Position numbers and translations under genes: made by a program
Notes under the pieces: model-generated
What the model was told of the DNA's origin: nothing
The model's input: the letters and a program-made list of their open reading frames with translations, nothing else
Databases searched by the model: none
Part shown: piece by piece, positions 1 to 13,268 of the stretch
Numbering within the stretch: the first letter of the stretch is position 1
Layout of the letters: every line of letters begins with the position of its first letter
Assembly (NCBI RefSeq): GCF_006345805.1
Contig: NC_043002.1
Coordinates: 115,692,001 to 115,756,000 of the forward strand
Length of the DNA stretch: 64,000 nucleotides
Direction: 5' to 3'
From: Octopus sinensis
Lineage: Eukaryota

Positions 1-109
1 TAGAATAAGTACTGGGCTTACAAAGAATAAGTCCCAGGGTTGATTTGCTCGACTAAAGGTGGTGCTCCAGCATGGCCGCAGTAAAATGACTGAAACAAGT
101 AAAAGAAAG
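1..109 (+). mobile_element. SINE family C, 3' end
   Basis: gatttgctcgactaaagg..gtgctccagcatggccgcagt..tgactgaaacaagtaaaaga, shared with 7706, 23657, 40200, 57790 and 60965. Confidence 0.8.
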
Positions 110-574
110 AATATATATATATGGTTCTCAACCATTTATTATTTATGTACCCCTTTGATTACTATTTTATTCTAGTGGACCCCCCCCCCCCCCATAATCA
201 TTTGATGTTTACAAACTAGTTTTACAGATGCTCCTTTCAAAATTCTTGCTTTGTTATTCACACCATTAACTGGCATTGGTTGAACTATGTGAAACTTTAG
301 AGGAAGAAACCTAGCTGTTTCCTGCAATAGAAACATTTAAATCAAAACTTTACATGGCCCTTAAAATACTACTGTGGATCCCCAATTTACTATTTTGCTA
401 GCGTGGATCTCCAAAAGTCTCAGATGAACCCTTGTTAAGAACACACATATATACATACATGCAAGTATATATACACACAGATACACATACACATATATAT
501 ACATGCACACAATACCCACATATACATGTGCATGCATGTGCCTGCACACACACACACACACACATACACACACA

Positions 575-625
<51 letters not shown>

Positions 626-638
626 ACACACACACAGA

Positions 639-786
639 GTTATCGCCAAGCGAATATGGCAGTCCAGAAAAATAGGACGAATGCTGCCGTTGATTAGCTC
701 CAAGAGGCCATCACCTCTAGCTTGGAGCTAATCAACGACAGCATTTGTCCTATATTTATGGACTGCCATATTAGCTTGGCAATAAC
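639..786. repeat. MITE-like hairpin, 66-bp arms, 16-nt spacer
   Basis: gttatcgccaagcgaatatggcagtcc...ctccaag versus the reverse complement of cttggagct...ggcaataac, about 7 mismatches; abuts a (CA)n tract. Confidence 0.8.
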
Positions 787-1689
787 TATTAATATCCAGT
801 ACCGCTGCCGTACACACACATTCACAGCTCCACATTTATATATACCTGTGTAAAATGTAGAGATATAAAATAATATAAAGAAAGATATATAAGTATTGAC
901 AAATGACAGAGTTAGGGGGTCATACCCCATATTATCAAATATTTCACATATTATTTACATCCAGTAATGTTGGTTGGATTTGTCACAATCAAGATATTAT
1001 CTCACCTGTTTGATACCTGTTCAAAATTTTACTTGTATCTGTTTTTTTATGGTAAGAGGTTTGTTTCCCAACCACCTGGATTTGGTCCCACTCTGTGGCC
1101 TTGGCTAAGTGTCTTTTACTATAACCCTGGGCCAACCAAAGCTTTATGAGTGGGTTTCATAGATGGAAATTGAAAGCACATCATACATGCATATATGTGA
1201 GTGGTTGTGTGTCAGTGTCTCTTTGCTTAGTTGTAAATGAATGTCATTGTCATACAAGCAGTTCCACTTTTCCAATCTTCCAATGGAAAGTCATGGAGAA
1301 ATATTACCTTAGTTGGAAAGAGGTAACAGTTGGTGGCAGGAAAGGCATGCAGCCATAGAAACTCACCATGCAAGCACAGTAAAGTGGATTTTAAAACAAC
1401 AATGATGATGATGATGATACATTATATATACAAATGTATGTGTGTGTGTGTTTATTAAATTTTCACAGAATTGTTATCAACAACACACTCTGTATGTTGC
1501 AGCAATTGTAGAAGCAAGTGAGATGTAAACAAATATACAAACACCCTCACACACACACACACACACCTGCATATACATGCATACAGGTTGTGTCAGTTTT
1601 TTTTTTTTTTTTTAGGTCATTTGTATGATTTTAGAAAAAGACGCATATCTCTTCAAAGAAAAGCTGTATTTGAAAAAAAATGTGTACTA

Positions 1690-2560
1690 ATAATCTCGAG
1701 ATTTCTTTTATCACACCTATTCAATGAAGCCACCTTTAACATCAATGGCTGCTTCAGTATTGGGTCAGAGGCATTGACATGCCCAAATTGGATAATCTTT
1801 ATCAATTTTGAACATAGTGCTGGTTATGGCAGACTTGAGAGATTGTATGATGTTATGAGGGTTGTGATTGATCGCTCTCTCCACAATGTCACATACATGA
1901 TAATGGATTGAGGTGAACTGAGAGGCTGTGTCTAGGAGAACATGATACTGGAGATTGGAATACATCCATGCTTTGGTTGTCCTAGCTTTATGAGAATGTG
2001 CAGGCTTGTTGGAAGATATATGGTCTTCCATTGCATAGTCTCTTTCCAGGGCCTCATAACGTTCTCCAACATCTCTGTACTCTGTATAGACAGTGACATT
2101 GACTCTTAAGCTCAGTGGAAAGAAAAGTGAGGGGGCATGACAATTCCCAGGACAAAATCAAATGATTCTCTCTTGTCACATCTCGCCTAAACTGACCCCT
2201 CCACATCACATGCAACTTTTCCTGGTTGTCCTCACACACAGCTCTTCCAATGGAGTATTCTGAAACCTTGAGGTCCTTTGCAGTGGTTCTGATTGATTTC
2301 CCAGGTTTTTTTATCAATTATTTCTTGGGTTTTTGTAGATATGTGTTCTGATGGTTTTAGGAACCTGTACATGCATTTTGCATTTAGCTGCTGATGTTGG
2401 ATCCCTATCAGCAGCTTCTAGCTCCTTTCAAACTTTCTCAACAAAGGATTATGCAGCTATCAGGAAGCAAGCTACCTCTGCATTACTATGTTGCACTTTT
2501 ATGGTAATGATTACAGCATGCTTTTTCATTTACTGAGTCAACCTGATGTCTGCCATTCTT
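1690..2560 (-). mobile_element. Decayed Tc1/mariner transposase (DD37D/maT-like)
   Basis: Fragments KHAVIITIK...SFVEKV, KPGKSIRTTAKDLKVSE...MWRGQF, and YHVCDIVER...HN...SLKSAI...EAAIDVKGGFIE*. Confidence 0.75.
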
Positions 2561-2650
2561 TCTCCGGAAAGCAAGGTGAAAACAATAAGAAGATAGAACC
2601 CTTGAAAGAGGTGTCCTTAAAAATCTAACATGCTCAGTACATATGTGTGT

Positions 2651-2694
<44 letters not shown>

Positions 2695-3085
2695 GATAGA
2701 GAAAGTTTGTGTGTGCATACAGTGGTAATCTTTCAGTTTCTGTCTACCAAATCCACTCAAGGTTGTTCCATGGCTATAATAGAAAATTTTCATCCAAGTT
2801 ACTTTACAGTGGGAATGAAATATTATGTATTAGCTTAAAAGCCACATTCTGTGTGAACTTTTAAGCCAGTGTCTGCAGAGGGCTAATTGGGTCTGTGGCC
2901 CAAAACTAAAGAGAGCTAAATATGTTTGATTGGAGGTTAAGGATGGATGAGAATTAATTCTGCAATGCAATCATTCTATTGTTCCAGTCCCAAATTGAAT
3001 TCCAACTGTTGGCCAATTTGTCTCAAAGTTCTTATCTCAATGTAAAATTAATGAAGCAAATGTCCTTTATCTCCCCATTGAGCTC

Positions 3086-3120
3086 TGACGTCATCTGACA
3101 AAACCAACCAATATGACGTG
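3086..3120 (+). promoter_or_regulatory. Cluster of CRE (TGACGTCA), CCAAT and TGACGTG motifs
   Basis: TGACGTCA 3086-3093, CCAAT 3108-3112, TGACGTG 3114-3120, in apparently non-repeat, CpG-depleted DNA; function is inferred only. Confidence 0.3.
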
Positions 3121-3621
3121 AATCGGCTAAGCTCTATCTACTAGAATTAGTAACCCAAATGCTTTTAAATCAGATCCCAATGCTGGTTGTTCAAGAACCA
3201 AATGAAGGGCAGATTTTCAATCCTGCTATCATCCTGATTCCAAAAAGGTATAATATGTCTATGTAGACAGAAATACAGGGGTCCTAGATGAAACAGACGA
3301 GATTTCGCTTTTATTATTATGCATATATAAAACATTTTAATACACCTAATATATACGAAATTGGCTAAAATAATCAGTGAGAGTCACAGATTTAGAAGAA
3401 GCAGGGGGAAAGCATAAATTTCACATATATTTCATAAGTTAATTTTGCTTAAAAGTTGTTTCATTGGCAATAAACACTATCATTTATATAATTGCCTTAT
3501 TAGCATACATAATTAATTAATCTAAAAGTGTTGTTTGCCCAAATTGTCAGAAGAAAAATGATTATCAAGAAATTGTTACAGAATTAAGTGCAAACTAGAC
3601 AAAAAAATAATTAAAAATATA

Positions 3622-4346
3622 CAGGGTGATTGAAAAGTAACTCCCTATTTTAAAATACTTATAATTTATTTATTAACTAGAATTTTTAGAAAAACGAATA
3701 TGTAAAGAAAGTGGATAGCATGGAATATTATTTAAAATTTGCTATAGGCATCAGCATTCACCACTAGCTTCTGAAACTGTCTGGGAACCACGTCAACTGA
3801 TTTCATCAGGAAGTCTTGTGGAATGGAAGACATAACTTCTCATATTCACCCTTCAAGTTCTTCCAAAGTCATAGGTTTGGTAGAGAAGACTTCCTCCTTT
3901 AACCAACCCCAAAGAAAACAGGGTGTTAAATCATGGCTTCTAGCCAGCCAGTCATGCGGACCTTGATGAATTGGAAGGACGACCACTTCAAGTATCAGCT
4001 ACAAATCCTGTAGTCATGAATTTTGCATGGCAATTCTTGATTATCTTTGCATCAACTTGAGCATGTCTTCCTCTAATGGTCCTCCACCATCTTTGCACTT
4101 GAACAACTGATCTCCAAACTTCGTAATCTGCAGCTAGCTGGGTACACTCCTGCACAGTAAAACACCCAGCCATGTTTGTAGGGTTTCTAAATTTCAAACA
4201 AAATTATCAATCTGAAAAAAAAATCAACAACATGGAATCAATTCCCGTACATTAAAGAACATACACAACAAATTTGAGAAAAAAATTCTAGTTAATAAAT
4301 AAATTATAAGCATTTTAAAGCAGGTAGTTACTTTCCAATCACCCTG
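3622..4346 (-). mobile_element. Internally deleted Tc1/mariner element with TIRs and TA TSDs
   Basis: TA|CAGGGTGATTGAAAAGTAAC ... GTTACTTTCCAATCACCCTG|TA. The N-terminal HTH-like ORF 3988..4197 is joined to a decayed WPARSPDLTP-like C-terminus (WLARSHDLTPCFLWG). Confidence 0.88.
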
Positions 4347-5137
4347 TATATATAAAACATCTCACAAAACATGTATATAAAAGTGTGTACATAAATGCAG
4401 ATCAACATTCATGTCATAGTATATATTGATACATTTACATACTTCATATGCATGCTAATGGAAGTATCTGCACAGACAGATTTGCATAGAATAAACCATA
4501 CACAAGTATAAATATAAAGGTAAATATTTATAAATGCCCAATGCATCCATATTCTCACACACATTCTTAAAACATTTTAAAGGCAACTTTCCACCACAAC
4601 ATAAATATTATCAAATCTTTTATAAGTTAACCTTTAAACTTTATTATTCTACCACACCTTACTTAGCTTCTTATAACAACCACAAATTGCTCCAAATTAA
4701 ACAAATAAATTCTAAAATTCTAAACATACCAAACATTTCAGATTATAGGTTATGTTAGTAAAAGTAGTATGCATTGTAGTCCTAGTTGCAGCACTAGTAC
4801 TTGTAGTCATAGTAATCATGATGGATTCTCCCATTGAAGGTGACGTATGAGCATTCAGCTTTTGCCCAATGAACTGCACAAATGTTTTGTTTATTGTGAT
4901 CAAATGTATGTGTCGTGCATTAGCTCACACCTTCCATCAAGTCAATGTTGTCTGAATAGGTGCATAGTGTACTACGTATCAGGTGTTGAAGTGATCACTG
5001 AGTAACATGAGATCATGTGTTTTCCTTAAGAGCACAATACACCACTCGGTCTAGAAATTGAAACCATGATGTCTCGACCATGAGTGCAACACCCTAATCC
5101 CTAGGCCATGTATCCATAATAATACTCCTTTCTATTA

Positions 5138-5335
5138 TAGGCACAAGGCCTGAAATTTGGAGGGAGGGAACTAGCCGATTACATCAATCTCAGTGTTCCA
5201 CAGGTACTTACTTTATCAACCCCAAAAGGATGAAAGGCAAAGTCACCCTCTGCAGAATTTGAACTCAGAACATAACAACGAAATGTTGCTAAGCATTTTA
5301 CCCAGCATGCTGTTGATTCTGCCAGTTCGCCACCG
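5138..5335 (-). mobile_element. tRNA-derived SINE family A (further copies 10610-10825 +, 24100-24290 +, 30628-30822 -, 44272-44470 +, 51765-51968 -)
   Basis: Shared ggtgagctgg.agaatc...ttctgagttcaaattc...tttgcctttcatcct...taagtaccag...ggccttgtgcc. Confidence 0.8.
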
Positions 5336-5340
5336 TAAAC

Positions 5341-5383
<43 letters not shown>

Positions 5384-6492
5384 GCAATAATAATCATAGT
5401 AATAGTAATAATGGCAATGAAAATATAAAATGCATCCTAAATAATTTTTGCATCCCTCCATCCATCTGTCCCTCCATCTTCACCACCCATTATTTTTGAG
5501 TGGATCATCAGGTACTTCACCTATGATCAACTAAGACCATAAATATTATCCAACCACCTTATGTGGTGCATCCCTAGGTTTCTTGCAATGCAATTCTTGC
5601 CTGCAACATTCCAGTTACTCTGTAGTGCCTGAGCTGTGACCTCATTGCAGAAAAGTAATGGCACGACTTGAACGTCTTTCAGTTTCCATCTACCATCTTC
5701 TCAATAGGTTTTGGGTAGCCAGGGCTGTAGTAGAAGACACTTGTCCAAGGTGCCATGCAGTGAGGCTGAAACTAAGACCCACATGGTTAGGAAAAAGTTT
5801 TCAAACCACACAGCCATGCTTGCACCATCTAAATTCCTTTCTTTTCATTAAATGCACAAAACATAGAGATAAAATTTTACCTTGCTTTCCATGAAAGGAC
5901 AGCTAGTAACCACAATGAGGACCTTAATACTTCGTATCACTGTATCAACTAAACTATCAGTTGTTGTTGTACACAGCTAGTCTCAGTGCATTTTCTCACA
6001 TTGTTGTAGCTTCTAAATGATGCCACTCTGCTATCCAAGTAGGCAAGCCAATGTTCTCCTTGATTTGAATGCTGGTCCATTGTAGAGCTACACATTTACA
6101 GCTGAGTGAACTGGCACAATGGGGAATTATGTGTTTTGCTCAAGAAGACAATGCACTGATGTCTGGGAACTGAAACCACAACACCTTAATCACTTGCTTA
6201 CACACCTTCGCAATATTATAATTACTAAGAACATTCCTATATAACTAATGAGTCTTAATATATACACAAACACGTATATGTATGTGAGACATAGTTTTTT
6301 TTTTCTATTTCTTGCATTCTTTTGTTGAGATACATAAGTATACATATATTTATATGTGCACATATGCATCTGTATGTGTATGAGTATGTGTGTTTCTGTG
6401 TGTATATATATGTATGCATGCACACATACAAGTGTGTGTATGAATGAATGTATGTGTGTGTGTGTATATATATATACACACACATTGTTGTG

Positions 6493-6544
<52 letters not shown>

Positions 6545-6546
<2 letters not shown>

Positions 6547-6740
6547 AGGGTGTGCCGAAAAGTTCCTGGCATTGGGTAAAAAAAAAATACAGAAGGATTA
6601 GTTAATTACGATTTTATTCAATATATTCCCCTCTCAGATTCACACTATTATTGCAGGGCCTGTGAAAGAACTCAGAAGGTTGGGCCTCCAACCAGGCTTT
6701 TCATGATGCCCTTGAAGTCAGGAACTTTTCAACACCCCCT

Positions 6741-6742
<2 letters not shown>
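6545..6742. mobile_element. Mariner-derived MITE
   Basis: TIRs caagggtgtgccgaaaagttcctg / caggaacttttcaacacccccttg, about 200 bp long. Confidence 0.7.
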
Positions 6743-6783
<41 letters not shown>

Positions 6784-7409
6784 ATATAATACAGTGTTGA
6801 ATTGTTGTTGTAACCATGATGTTCCTATGGTATGATGTGCTAGCTTTCTTTTTTTGTACCAATTACTAAATACACAATTTTATTGTATAATGCTGAGCAT
6901 ATGTATTAATTCAAACATGCATGCATAATTTCTTCCATACTGAACTTAATGCCACATGAAGAAGGTTGCAAAACAACCATAATCGTATGGAAGTCACATG
7001 GTTAAATACATATTCACCTTTCCTACTTCTTGAATTTATGGGGGGTTTTTTTGTATATATAATTCATTATTTTGAATAGGTGCTTGTGCACTGGAACAAA
7101 TATATCTACAAAATTCTAGAACTCGGTTCTTGAGTATAACATTAAACCCTAATATATCATTATCTCAATACAATAGTAATAGCAGGGATGGTATTGCACT
7201 AAGTTTTAAACTGCTTGTTATACTATAAAATAAGCAGTAAACTTCTTTCTTACAATTTGGCGTTAATAGCTGTTGTTCATAATGCAAAACTGAGCATACA
7301 TTTTTATTAACTAGTATGTATCCTTCATATTGCACATGCCGGTAGGATAACTCTTCCTCTATATTAATTCTTTTTCTTGTTCTTCATTGAAAGCAAATAA
7401 TAGATTCCA

Positions 7410-8600
7410 AATAGAAACAACATGCCATCATTGATTTCTTGACAAAGTAGGGGTGTAGTCTGTCTGACATCCATAGAAGACTACAGGTCATTAACAGATA
7501 TGACATCATTAACAAGAACAATGTGCACAAATAGGATGCAGACATTTAAAGAAGCATTGAAGACAAACTACTCAATGAAAAGTCAGTGAGATATTATAAC
7601 CACCGGCATAAATGCCAGTGAATGAGCAAACTGATTCATGCAGACAAACAAGTCACATTTCATGAGCTTAATGCACTGCTCCACTCTGGTCACAAAGCAA
7701 TGCAGAACACTTTACTCTCTTACTTGGTTCAGTCATTTGACTGTGGCCATGCTGGAGCACTGCCTTTAGTCGAACAAATCAATCCTAGGACTTATTCTTT
7801 GTAAGCCTAGTACTTATTCTATCGGTCTCTTTTGCCGAACCACTAAGTTACAGGGATGTAAATACACCAGCATCGGTTGTCAAGCAATGTTTGGGGACAA
7901 ACACAATCACACAAACATATACACACACATACATATATATATACATACACGACGGTCTTCTTTCAGTTTCCATCTACCAAATCCACTCACAAGGCTTTGG
8001 CCAGCCTGAGGCTATAGTAGAAGACACTTGTCCAAGGTGCCACGCAGTGGAACTGAACCTGGAACCATGTGGTTCGTAAGCAAGCTACTTACCACACAGC
8101 CACTCCCACACCTATGTATCAAAAAAATACGTTGAAAGTGGCATTGACACCAGATTTGAAGAAGAGTCAGGTGAAGGTCTACTGTGACCTACTGGAAGCA
8201 TTTGAAACCAATGGAGACATTTTTCTGCTCTGATGATGGGGAATAGAATATAGGCATACCTTTATGATTGGGAAAGTAAGTTAGTCCATGAGTTAGGCAT
8301 TACACCTCCTCTCCAAGAGCCAACAATCAGCACAGAAAGTCTTCATGACTAATTCTTAAGCTGATGAAGGCAACATTCGCTTTGATTTTCTGCAGTGGTT
8401 AGCAATACATTAAGATATGTAAAGGGCTTACAGAAACCTTTTGGAGGAAGAGGCTGAACAAGAATCTAAAAGTGATCTACATTCACCAAAACAATGTGAC
8501 CATACATATTTTTGGCAATAAATCTGGCAACCAGCAGGGTAGACAACTGCCCCATGAGCAAAGCAAAGCCAGAACACTGGACTGTACAGTTTCATCTTAA
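7410..8600 (+). mobile_element. Mariner transposase relic interrupted by a SINE (7706-8112)
   Basis: KLIHADKQVTFHEL upstream of the SINE and LTPDLKKSQVKVYCDLLEAF downstream resemble the collinear mariner HTH-to-catalytic region. Confidence 0.55.
7706..8112 (-). mobile_element. tRNA-derived SINE family C (near full length)
   Basis: tRNA-like head (A/B boxes), internal (TA/CA)n, conserved tail; multi-copy in the window. Confidence 0.85.
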
Positions 8601-8814
8601 TGGGAATTGTCATTAGTGTGCCTCCATTGCTTCTATGGCACAGCAAATTCTTTCCATCTGACATCTAAATTTTGCCCAGGACAGTTTGTATTGTGCTCGG
8701 CTGCCCATATTAATTTCATACTATATGCTTTGGCATTTCACTAAATCAGCCATCATATACATATGTATATATATATCAAAATGAAAATTGAAATGGAAAT
8801 TGTAGTTAAGCTAC

Positions 8815-9131
8815 CCGTGCCAGGGACACGTTAAAAGCACCATCCAAACGTGGCAGTTGCCGGCGCCATCTAACTGGCGTCCGTGTCAGTGACGCGTAAA
8901 AGCACCAACTGATCGTGGCCGTTTGCCAGCCTCATCTGGCCCCTTTTCCAGTGGCACGTAAAAAGCACCCACTACACTCATGGTGTGGTTGGCGTTAGGA
9001 AGGGCATCCAGCTGTAGAAACACTGCCAGATCAGACTGGAGCCTGGTGCAGCCTCCTGGCTTCCCAGACCCCGGTTGAACCATCCAACCCATGCTAGCAT
9101 GGAAAACGGACGTTAAATGATGATGATGATG
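8815..9131 (+). mobile_element. RTE LINE 3' tail ending in (GAT)n
   Basis: Same sequence as the tails of the RT-bearing RTE copies at 18605 and 24555. Confidence 0.8.
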
Positions 9132-9133
9132 AT

Positions 9134-9188
<55 letters not shown>

Positions 9189-9391
9189 CAAACACAAAGA
9201 TAGGGATTATGAGGGTAATCCACTATGGGATATCAGTTATCCAGTATACTGCTAGTATTATTAATTTGCATATTGATGAATATTGTTTTGTTCGATTTTC
9301 ATGTTCCTATTTGTATAATTAATAAATAATATGAAATTGGAATATCTGTAAGTTGATGATCGAAATGAATTTGTTCCTCCATTTTCTTATT

Positions 9392-9444
<53 letters not shown>

Positions 9445-10969
9445 CAAATATGTATACTAACAGAGAGAATTAGCTGTTCCATAGAAGCAGTGGAGGCACT
9501 CTGGCAACAACTGCAGTGTAGTGTTCTACCTTTCTTTCACTCATGGGAAGTTATCTACCCTGCCAGTATATATAAATGTGCTTTTACCCAGCTATAAGTG
9601 GTTTAACTCTTATTTCTAGCAATATTTGTGATTGTAGCACATACAGTCATATTTAGAGATAACTAAATTTTGTGTATGCAGTTTATAATATACCTAGCTA
9701 GCTGCCCACATTAATTTTATACCATACAATTTGACATTTCTCTGAATCAGCCATAAATATATATGGCAAATATATATACTGATGCAGAGAATTAGCTAGG
9801 CCATAGAAGCAATAGAGACACACAGGTGACAGTTCCCATTAGGGTGAAACTGTGCAGTCCAGTGTTCTACTTTTGCCACACTTGTGGAGCAGTTATATAA
9901 TTTTAACATTTTTCTTCCTTGTGTTTTAACCATTTTTGCAACGACAATAATGCACAAACTTATAAAATGTTGTTAACGTAGCCCAATCTCCTAGCATTAA
10001 ACATTGATATTTTCTCTTCAATACAGAACCATTTAACGAATCTAGGTTATAATATTGCATTCCCAGTGACTTTTTACACAAGTACAGATATTTATTTACA
10101 AAAATGTTACTGAAATATGACCTTTTTTTTATTAATTGACTTATATCCATAATTAATTAGTCATTAAATTTTGTTTGTTCACCTTAGCCTAAATTTTCTA
10201 CATTTCTGTAAATTCTAGATTTTTTTAGCTCAGTTGTAACTACTGATTAGTTATGTTCTTAATCCTACTTAGAAACTTCTTTATTTCTACTGTGCTAATG
10301 AAATCTTCCACTTGCAAGCAATTATTTAAACTAGACTGCTAATTAACATTACACATCCAGGGAATTAAATTTTGTTCTTTTCTATGTCTTATCTGTTTAC
10401 TTCTTAACAATTTCGACATGAACATTGATAACATTTCCCTTAAGCACAAAACATCTAACATTTTTACTCCAAACTTTGTAAAACAACTTCTACATCTCAA
10501 CCTGCTAAATGTAACAGCTAAATTTTCTTTCTTAAACTCCCTATCTTCCTCAGAATGAAGTTATGTTTTTTAAACTTGTTCATAATAATGTCTGTATGAT
10601 ATCTAAACACTAAGGCAATGAGCTGGCAAAATCATGAGGCCACCAGGCAAAATGCTTAGTGGCAATTCATCCATCCCTACATTCTGAGTTCAAATTCTGC
10701 TATGGTCAACTTTGCCTTTCATCTTTTCAGGGTTAATAAAATAAGTACCAGTTGAACACTGGGATTGATATAATCAACTTTGCCCCGAAGTTTTGCTGGC
10801 CTTGTGCCAAAATTTGAAACCAATATCTAGATACTAATCAACGAATCTTTCATTCCAACTAAATCTTATGCCTTGTTTAAATAGGGAATACCCAGAACTC
10901 CTTCACAACCAGCTTGTTGTGACTGATTTTACTTACTTTATTGTCTTATTCTGGTGGTAGATATGCTCT

Positions 10970-11471
10970 TGTAGGAAGTGAGGTTGGCACTGGATGGGTG
11001 CCTCACAATACCTTACGTAGTCGTGGAAAGGAAAATAGCGGGAACAAAAATCTTTGAATAAATAGCAATAATAATTTATTTCGCCTGAATAAACATTTCA
11101 TCTCTGCGCATCGGTAGCCTGGACACTTTGGTGTGTGAGAAGCAGCAGGGTTGGTAGTTAGACACAAAAATACGAAGGCATTTTCACATCGCTCGCCATC
11201 AGAATCCCAGCTCCACGGAGCTGGTCTAAGTTGCTTCCTGTATGGTCAGAAGCCGGGGCCAAAGAGAGAGAATGGCGGTCAAGCCTAGCTGCTGCTGATG
11301 ACTGTGTATGCACATAACAGGGCTTCTGGCAGGCCTTCCGGAAGACTCTAATCCTTGTGCATGTGTGGATGAAAATCCCAAAATGGCATCTGGAACCAGG
11401 CGTCACTCTTTTACAAGTAACATTATTTAACAATTACTTCACTGATTTTTTTTTTTTTGTAATTTGTTACA
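10970..11471 (-). mobile_element. Possible solo LTR
   Basis: GC-richer 500-bp block, TGTAACA...CTACA on the - strand with AATAAA about 100 nt before the end; no TSD found. Confidence 0.35.
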
Positions 11472-12561
11472 GTACAGTTCCAAGCATGGGCTGGGCCCAA
11501 TAAATTTGTTAGTCACTAGTTTAGTAATGAGTTTGACAACATTGTCTGAGCACAATAATATACAACTTCATATACTCTCTGTAACCATGTCTATTGATGT
11601 CTATTGATGTCTATTGTAACCATGTCTATTGATCCATAGAAATCAAACTGAATGTGACCATTTTTCAAAGAGTCATTTATTGTCTAATTTTGTATGCAAA
11701 ATATTGTTTAGGTATTTTCTTGAGTAAGAATATAAATAACTAGTATTTTCTCATGAATGTTTCTTTTTGGTCATGAGATTTTGTTTTCAGGACTTAGAAT
11801 TGTAGAACTTAAAAGAAATGATTTTTTTCCCTGTTTTTTGTTGGTTTTTCTTTTTTTTTCTTTTTTTTGAGGGATGGGGGTAAGTGTTTGTTTAGCCATA
11901 GAGCAGATCAGTTTAGACTTCATTGACTAATATGTTCTTTCATTTTTAAGATGGTTGAAGCAAGTTGTAAAATGTTTTGCTGCTATTTCTAGCAGCTCAG
12001 TTAACCGTATAGAGGCTTTCTTGTAGCCTTATAGTTTTTTGGGGGGTTGTATTTATTGGTTTAGTTTCAATCCCTACCATCTCATATTCATAAGTTTCTT
12101 TTATTTGAGATTAAGAAGTTCTAGCCAAGCTTGTATACAAGTTTCGTACTTATCTCATCATCATCATCATTTAATGTCCATTTTCATGCTGGCATGGGTT
12201 GGACGGTTTAACTGAAAACTGGTAAGCTGGGAGCTGCACCAGGTTCCAGTCTGATTCGGCATAGTTTCTATGGCCGGATGCCCTTCCTAATGCAAAGAAA
12301 ATAATGTCTGTAGAAAATATATTAAGCATCATCATCATCATCATTATCTTAACATCTACTTTTCCAAGTTTGCTTGGGTCAGATGAGAGTACATTGCAGC
12401 AGGGTTTTTCTGTGACTGGATGCCCTTCCTGTTGCCAACCTCCACTTGCTTTCGAATGAAGTAAGAAGCTCCCAGTTTATCAAACAGCATGAAGAACTAG
12501 AAACAAACATCACCATTGGCAAGATCACTTCTACAAACACACATATATCCATGAGCACACA

Positions 12562-13268
<707 letters not shown>

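Noticed and set aside
361-731. ORFs rich in CV/YI/TH repeats here and at 6190-6601, 8886-9197, 12497-13121, 40689-41125, 44316-45004, 53048-53522, 63117-63578
   Set aside because: Translations of (CA)n/(TA)n/(TATG)n microsatellites and adjacent repeats; no coding signal.
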